A stretch of DNA of 40,407 nucleotides from Octopus bimaculoides (lineage: Eukaryota), in NCBI RefSeq assembly GCF_001194135.2, contig NC_069001.1:20767989-20808395 (forward strand), written 5' to 3'. This document shows positions 33,341 through 40,407 of this stretch, in pieces; within the stretch, counting starts at the first letter, position 1; each line of letters starts with the position of its first letter. The translations under genes were made by a program, and so were the position numbers. The notes under the pieces are model-generated. The model had not been told where the DNA came from. It searched no databases and worked only from the letters and a program-made list of their open reading frames with translations.

Positions 33341-34480
33341 ATATACTGATACACAAATATGTATGATATAGTTGTGCATGTGCATTTGTTATACATAATA
33401 GTTGTTATTGGTAGTGGTGTGGTAGTTAGGGTGAACTAGGTGTTATAGAGTTAGGTTGAGAGAGAGCAGTAAACTTCATCATGTAATTGCGCATGCATTT
33501 GTTAAAATATGGAAGCCAATAAAAAAATGACGTATCAAAAACTGCTAATTATTTATCATATTACAGTATCGCGTCGTCCATATTTGTGTACAATTATGTA
33601 AAGAAAGGAAAACATTAACGTTACCAAATATAATTGATAAAAAAATTTTTTTGTGTTAAAATTAAAATTCTTAAAGCTATAATCACTATAAATCAGTATG
33701 TTTACCTCTTGGTTTATTAAATTATATTATAAAATATCAACTATATATTTATAAGAAATGTGCTTAATTGAATTTCTCGCAAACCACAATGATACTGTCA
33801 CCTGTGTAGGAAACATAATATACATTTTTACCATTTAGTATTTTCATATCAGTATTATATCTACTAAGCATTCTTTAATGCTTATATTTACAGATGCTGG
33901 TGTAATAAAATGTGAAGTATCAACAGATTCAAATTTCAAGTACTTTTAACATATAACTATTATAATAATAACATTATATCCAATGGTAGTTTTTTGAATA
34001 CCCATAAACATGTGTGAATACATGAAAAATCAGTTACCTTCATCAGGTATAAAGTGAAGTATTAATATTTAGGATAATATTTATATGATATCTATTAAGA
34101 ATGTTTTAATTTACAATTATAGAAGTACTAAACATTAAATACCAACCAATTCAAAGTACTAGTAGTTTTAATTTATAATTGATTTATTTATGAAAATAAA
34201 ATATCTAATGACAGTTTTTGAGAGACCATTTACATGCGTAAACTCCTGAAAAACCAGTCTCAATTATTGTATTTAAGAGGTTGAGGTGGGATTTATCAGG
34301 TCATCCCATAAGTTCTGTTTGAGTTTACCTTTTTTAAAATTGAATGAAATTTAATAGTATTTTAGAATGTCTAATGGAATTAAAAATTATTTTTATGCAT
34401 TTGTGTACATTTAAACTAATTAAATGTTATTTTACAGAATAATAGAATTAAAATTTCTTTGATTAAAACCCTTTCTATCC

Positions 34481-35532
34481 AAAGAGCATTTAAGGCACAT
34501 AATGCTTTATGAGTACAAAAAAGGAAACTCTGCAGCCAAAGCAACTTGAAACATACACTTAGTTTATAGGAAAGAATGCTTGTATGAAAGAACTTGCAGA
34601 AGATGGTTTGCAAAATTCAGAAGTGGAGATTTCAGCCTTGAAGGTGAAGATCGAACAGGACATCCAGTTGAGTTTGATGATAAGCTCCTTGAGGCAATAC
34701 TTGAAGAAAATCCTGCATTATCAGTTGAAGAATTGGCAATAAAGCTTAATTCAAAACATACAACTGTTCATCGTCGTCTTCAACAACTTGGAAAGGTTCT
34801 TAAACTTGGAAAATGGGTGCCTCATGAATTGTCCAAAAGCAACCGCAAATCCCAAGTTGACAACTGCTCTTCTCTCCATTCTTGCGAACTCATTTCATCC
34901 TTTTTGGATAGACTTGTGATTGGTGATGAAAAATGGATCTTCTATCGAAATGTTAAACATTGTAAAGGCGGTGCTCCAGCATGGCCACAGTCAAAAGACT
35001 GAAACAAGTAAAATAGTGGATTGGTAAAAGGGAAAAAAGCTCAACCACAACCGAGAAGGGAACTTCATGGGAAAAAAGCTCTTCTCTCTATCTGGTGGCA
35101 TTGCAAAGGAGTAATTCACTTTCAATGGTTACCACCTAATGGAACAATCGATGCTCAAGTCTACTGTCAGCAATTAGTGTGTTTGAACCAAGCTTTGAAG
35201 AAAAAGAGACCCGCTTTAGTGAATCGAAAAGGAGTGATGTTTCATTAGGACAATGTGCAAAGATCACATTGCAGAAGATCGAAGAGCTTCGTTGAGAAAA
35301 AATTCCTCATCCACCTTATTCTCCTGACCTTGCTCCTTCAGACTACCATTTGTTTCGTAGTTTACAGAATCATTTGGGAGACATAACTTTCACAAGCCAG
35401 GAAGAGGTTGAAACTGACATTTCAGAGTTCTTCGTTTTGAAACCAAAAGAGTTGTACATTGATTGGATTAAAAAGCTTGTAAATAGATGGTAGGAAGTCA
35501 TAGATAATCAAGGAAAGTACATTGATGATTAA
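34481..35532 (+). pseudogene. Mariner transposase
   Basis: WFAKFRSGDFSL, WVPHEL, GDEKW, H*DN, PHPPYSPDLAPSDYHLFRSLQNHL; several stops and indels. Confidence 0.93.
34967..35014 (+). mobile_element. 5'-truncated SINE tail inserted in the mariner transposase
   Basis: GGCGGTGCTCCAGCATGGCCACAGTCAAAAGACTGAAACAAGTAAAA matches 21402-21450. Confidence 0.85.
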
Positions 35533-35649
35533 ATTTCAATTAAATATAACATTTGATCACTTGTTTTCTTTATTCAAAATTCGGACAGAACTTATGGGAT
35601 GACCTGATAATTTGGGTCGTTTCCCCTTGTACATTAGATGACTCAACTA

Positions 35650-36280
35650 CACATTTCTTACTAACATTTAATAGAAATTAGAAGAACCCTATGAGGGTAA
35701 TTAGAAGAACATGGTAATACATTGGTTGTCATATTTTGTATATCATTTTTCTCATTTGGACATTTAACCTTACTTACCCTATCCTTATTCCTATCCCTGG
35801 CAATTTGTTTAAAATCTTTACTGACATGAGAAATATCCATGTTGTTAGAGATACTGATGTTCATATTTTTAGGATAATACTTCAACTTTTGTTTATACCC
35901 AGCTTTGCTGAGTGTCACATTATAAAACTCAGCATTTTTGCCAAAAATATCTTTATTAGATGATAGATTGGAAATTCTTTTACAGATATAAACCAAAAAC
36001 TCTTTTTACAGAACTGAGATGATTACTTTCGACATTTGTATACTTAAGATTGGAGTTAGGCTTATGGTATGGCTCATAGTTGCCAGTAATAAGATTGAGA
36101 TTCGCATCTTGGAAGTTAACCAATTCATGTTCATTTTCTATCATTACAGAGAGTTCAAAACTCTAAAAAAATCTGTAAATTTTTTCTTATATAGTTTCAG
36201 TTTCCTCTTAGATAGGTTTCTAATAGTAAAGAGGGCATCATCTCGACTGTAGGGATAAGAATTTCATATTATATTGATTT
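35650..36280 (-). mobile_element. Penelope-like RT fragment, Neptune-type motifs
   Basis: YSRDDAL (cf. LYRDDGL), VNFQDANLNL, YHKPNSNLKYTNVESNH, CKRISNLSSNKDIF...YNVTLSKAGY. Confidence 0.72.
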
Positions 36281-36469
36281 GAATATCTTTGAATAAACTG
36301 ATGTCTATATGTCAGTTTCTCCATTTTCTTCTTTTTCTCATTCATAAATATTTTAAATACCGATATACACCAATGCAAAACTAAAGTGTTTAGTTTTCAT
36401 TGAAAACTGGCATAAACCAGAGAACTAGGATTCAAACATCTCTAAAAGGATTATAGGTCATTGGCATGA

Positions 36470-36690
36470 TTATATATATGTGTGTGTCTTTGTGTTTGTG
36501 TTTGTCTTCCCATCACTAATTGACAACCAGTGTTGGTGTGTTTATGTCCCCATTAATTAGCGGTTCAGCAAAAGAGACTGATAGAATAAATACTAGGCTT
36601 TAAAAAAGCAATTCCTGGGGTCAGTTTGTTTGACTAAAACTTTTCAAGGTGGTTCTCCAGCATGTCTGCAGTTAAATGGTTGAAATAAGA
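36470..36690 (+). mobile_element. 3' half of tRNA/CORE-like SINE
   Basis: Homologous to 21180-21460. Confidence 0.8.
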
Positions 36691-36814
36691 GAGGGATGTA
36701 GAGGAAGTACCCATAAGCATGGATGGGCACAGTTTTACTTAGCTTGATGTATCCTTTCAAGTACAGCAAACTACCAGAAGTCTAAAATAGGAACACAGCT
36801 GGAAATATGTAGGG

Positions 36815-37668
36815 AATCATCATCATCATTTAATATCCATATTCCATGCTGGCATGGGTCAGATGGTTTGACCAGAGCTGGAATGCAGGAGAGCTGCATC
36901 GGGTTCAGGTTTGATTTGTCCTGGTTTCTATGGCTGGATGCCGTTCTTAACAGCAACCACTTTACAGACTGTGCTTGGTGCTTTTCATATGGCACCACCA
37001 CAGGTGCTTTTATGTGGCACTGGCACAAGAGCTTTTTATATGGTGCCAACATGTATGCCTTTATGTGACAATGAGACAGGGCTCTTGCAGGCCAATCTTC
37101 TTCAGCAGGGGTAGCAGCATTAACAATTCTGCTGTGGTGATTGGGTCTTCTTGTGTACAGCAAGGCACCAGATATCTCACTCCTTTGTCATCTCCTCCAT
37201 AAGGCTCAATGTCTTGAGGTTGCCCTCCAGTATTTCATCCCATGTCTTTCTGGGTCACCCTCTTCCATGAATTTTATCCACTTTCAGTGATCAGCACTTC
37301 TTTATAGAGCTGTCTACATCCATCCACATCACATGACCAAACTAGCGCAGTCTTCTCTCTTGCACATTGCATCTAATTCCTCTTATGCCTAATTCCTCTC
37401 TCAACACACTAGTACCCTGTTGCACCTGTACACTTACATTACATATCCAGCCTTGCACTCTAGCCTTATTACTCTCTAGTCTTTACATGTCCTCTACATT
37501 CAGGGCTTACATCTCACTACCATGTAGAATTATTGTTCATACACATGCCTCATACGATCTTCCTTTCTTGGAGAGAGAGAGAGACCATTGGTTGCCAATA
37601 GAGGTAAAGCAATTTTCTCCATTGTAGTCTTACTCTTGCTATTACACTTTCTATACACTCTCCCCCAC
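36815..37668 (-). mobile_element. 3' fragment of an RTE LINE with 3'UTR and (GAT)n tail
   Basis: Minus translation VIARVRLQWRK...IILHGSE...VLREELGIRGI...ERRLR*FGHVMWM...GRG*PRKTWDE, followed by a UTR matching the SINE tails. Confidence 0.85.
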
Positions 37669-37809
37669 TACTAATTAGGTCCCTTTGATAGCAAAAATGG
37701 TCTTATCTTTAAAGAGACTCTGGGGCATTTGAGAAAATCCATTTCCTGAGTATCTGTTGTTTTTGTGTCTCCTGTGCATCTTCCACATACAAACACTACT
37801 TTCTCTATG

Positions 37810-37950
37810 AATATGACCCTGGTACTTGACTTGTACATTGTTTTATTGACACCAGAAGGGTGAAAAGCAAAGCTGATTTTGGCAGGATTTGAACTCCTAA
37901 CATAAAACGGTAGCACAAATACTGCAAAGCAGTACATCTTTTGCTAATCC
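37810..37950 (-). mobile_element. Degenerate SINE, same family as 28545-28712
   Basis: Minus-strand GTTCAAATCC (37885-37894) and shared GAAAxGCAA block. Confidence 0.55.
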
Positions 37951-38113
37951 AATTAACAAGTGAACAGTGCACATATATATATATTTTAGAAAGTAAGCGC
38001 TTTATAGGTGCAAAACCAATGGTCACTCTATGACCAGCCATAACTTTTTAAGATATATATTACTGCTCTAATGCTTTAGATTGTGCTTCTTTATTGGATA
38101 TAGGAAATACTGA

Positions 38114-38117
<4 letters not shown>

Positions 38118-38157
<40 letters not shown>
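38118..38157. repeat. (TA)n microsatellite
   Basis: Direct reading. Confidence 0.95.
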
Positions 38158-38160
<3 letters not shown>

Positions 38161-38266
38161 AATATTAGGGACAAAATCCAAAATTACAGGTAAAAACTCA
38201 ATTAAAATCAATTGATAAAAAATTAAAATTAAATTGAGCTTTAGAGATCAAATATATAGTTTTAGG

Positions 38267-38903
38267 NNNNNNNNNNNNNNNNNNNNNNNNNNNNNNNNNN
38301 NNNNNNNNNNNNNNNNNNNNNNNNNNNNNNNNNNNNNNNNNNNNNNNNNNNNNNNNNNNNNNNNNNNNNNNNNNNNNNNNNNNNNNNNNNNNNNNNNNNN
38401 NNNNNNNNNNNNNNNNNNNNNNNNNNNNNNNNNNNNNNNNNNNNNNNNNNNNNNNNNNNNNNNNNNNNNNNNNNNNNNNNNNNNNNNNNNNNNNNNNNNN
38501 NNNNNNNNNNNNNNNNNNNNNNNNNNNNNNNNNNNNNNNNNNNNNNNNNNNNNNNNNNNNNNNNNNNNNNNNNNNNNNNNNNNNNNNNNNNNNNNNNNNN
38601 NNNNNNNNNNNNNNNNNNNNNNNNNNNNNNNNNNNNNNNNNNNNNNNNNNNNNNNNNNNNNNNNNNNNNNNNNNNNNNNNNNNNNNNNNNNNNNNNNNNN
38701 NNNNNNNNNNNNNNNNNNNNNNNNNNNNNNNNNNNNNNNNNNNNNNNNNNNNNNNNNNNNNNNNNNNNNNNNNNNNNNNNNNNNNNNNNNNNNNNNNNNN
38801 NNNNNNNNNNNNNNNNNNNNNNNNNNNNNNNNNNNNNNNNNNNNNNNNNNNNNNNNNNNNNNNNNNNNNNNNNNNNNNNNNNNNNNNNNNNNNNNNNNNN
38901 NNN
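38267..38903. other. Assembly gap
   Basis: N run. Confidence 1.
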
Positions 38904-38942
<39 letters not shown>

Positions 38943-39006
38943 TGTGTGTATATATATATGTGAGTGTGTGATTGTATATGTGTAGAAATATGTGAGTGTG
39001 TGATTG

Positions 39007-39043
<37 letters not shown>

Positions 39044-39053
39044 ATGTATGTAT
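38904..39053. repeat. Compound (TA)n/(TG)n microsatellite
   Basis: Direct reading. Confidence 0.9.
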
Positions 39054-39312
39054 GTCTCCATTGTCCTGTTTTTGTTCCCAAATTTGAACCTCCATAAATC
39101 CTAACTTTTGTTTTAGAATTTATGGGAGCAACTGTCTTTGAAGACTCATATTGTTGTTGAATGCTTGAAATGAGGAGTTGATAGACAGCTGACAACTGAT
39201 GAAAGATCCTTTCTCTGTGTTTATATATTCAACTTGTTTGTTTATGTATTTCATGTTGTTTGCGCAGTTGCTAACGTCCTGTACCCATATATGCATGCAC
39301 ACACACGCACAC

Positions 39313-39994
39313 ATTCTGCACAATGAAGTTGGCATAATGAAGGTTTCTGCTCAGTAAGAATCACATCTTCTGACACCTGATCAAGAGTACACCAGGCTGA
39401 TCACACCACGGGAAAATCTGACATTGTTTGTGGTTGATCCAGCTGGTTGTTGGCTTCATCACTTTCATCAAGAGACAATCCATGCATTGGAAACATCCCT
39501 TTCTCATTTTCTCCAAAGAAGGCTGAGGTACTTTCATCTGCAGGGAAGGTGGTGGCCTCAGTTTTCTTGGGATGCAAAAGGCATTGTGTTTACTGACCTT
39601 CTTCAAAAAGCCCGCACTATGAATGGAGAGTATTTACCAACTTGTTGCGTCTGTTATGAAAGGCTATCAAGACCAAAAGTGCAGGAAAACTGATGAAAAG
39701 GGTTTCATTTCATCAAGGCAATGCTCCAGCATACAAGTCATCAGTTTCAATGGCTGCTGTGCATGAGTATGGCTTTGAACTGGTTGATCAGCCTCCCTAT
39801 TCTCCTGATTTAGCCCCATCTGAGTATCATCTGTTCCTCAACATGAAAAAGTGCTTGGCTGGGAACCAGTGGGATCCAAGCACTTACACCAATGGAAGAA
39901 GTGTGTGGATGCAAAGGGGACTAAGTTGAAAAGTAAACCTCACAGTCCATGAAAATATCTTGGTCAGCCTATGAACTTTTTAGTTGACTCTCAT
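39313..39994 (+). mobile_element. Deleted mariner transposase relic, Himar1/irritans-like
   Basis: KVVASVFxWDAKGIVF, RVSFHQGNAPAYKS, GFELVDQPPYSPDLAPSEYHLFLNMKK; probable 3' TIR remnant near 39965-39994. Confidence 0.85.
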
Positions 39995-40029
39995 GCATAC
40001 ACCCATATATATATATATTCACATATATA

Positions 40030-40242
40030 GATATATATTGTGTCTGTGTTTGTCCCCCAACCATTGCTTGACAACTGATGTGTATACATCCTTGTAATAT
40101 TAGCGGTTCAGTAAAAGAGACCCATAGAATAAGTACTAGGCTTACAAAGAATAAGTCCTGGTGTCAATTTTTTTGACTAAAAAAACCCTTTAAAGTGGTG
40201 CACCAGCATGACCACAGTCAAATGACTGAAACAAATAAAAGA

Positions 40243-40245
<3 letters not shown>
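40030..40245 (+). mobile_element. 3' half of tRNA/CORE-like SINE
   Basis: Homologous to 21230-21460. Confidence 0.8.
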
Positions 40246-40278
<33 letters not shown>

Positions 40279-40316
40279 GCACATATATACATGTACATAT
40301 AATTATTTACATATTA

Positions 40317-40351
<35 letters not shown>

Positions 40352-40407
40352 TCTAAATAACTGCAGTATTCATGCTGATATATATATATATCATCATCAT
40401 CATCATC
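40245..40407. repeat. (TA)n, (CA)n and (CAT)n microsatellites
   Basis: Direct reading. Confidence 0.9.

Larger units (their letters stand above)
34296..35607 (+). mobile_element. Full-length inactive mariner (DD34D) transposon
   Basis: TIR TCAGGTCATCCCATAAGTTCTGT at both ends, flanked by TA (34294-34295, 35608-35609); 1312 bp including a small insertion. Confidence 0.95.

Noticed and set aside
39196-39240. CTGATGA as another hammerhead core
   Set aside because: No stem II or GAAA follows

Overview
AT-rich, repeat-dense animal genomic DNA. The SINE/LINE/Penelope repertoire points to an octopus (coleoid cephalopod); this is inferred from memory of these repeat families, not from a search. Five assembly gaps are present. 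Most of the window is intron of a + strand gene whose only visible exons are three short, symmetric phase-1 exons (6045-6089, 8360-8500, 15198-15236) encoding a Gly/Tyr/Pro/Gln low-complexity region; candidate last exons lie at 8836 and 29655. Mobile DNA includes: a near-full-length decayed RTE LINE with two C-terminal C2H2 fingers; an old antisense CR1/Jockey-like LINE; three Tc1/mariner relics (one full length with TIRs and TA target duplication); a foldback MITE; many tRNA-derived SINEs; and three Penelope-like remnants. The best lead is a Penelope element whose pseudo-LTR (present twice, inverted) starts with a tRNA-Arg-like Pol III promoter and contains a type I hammerhead ribozyme about 190 nt downstream. 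Other leads are a foldback repeat with a second hammerhead-like core and a tandemly amplified pseudoknot-like motif shared by an RTE 3'UTR and its partner SINE.
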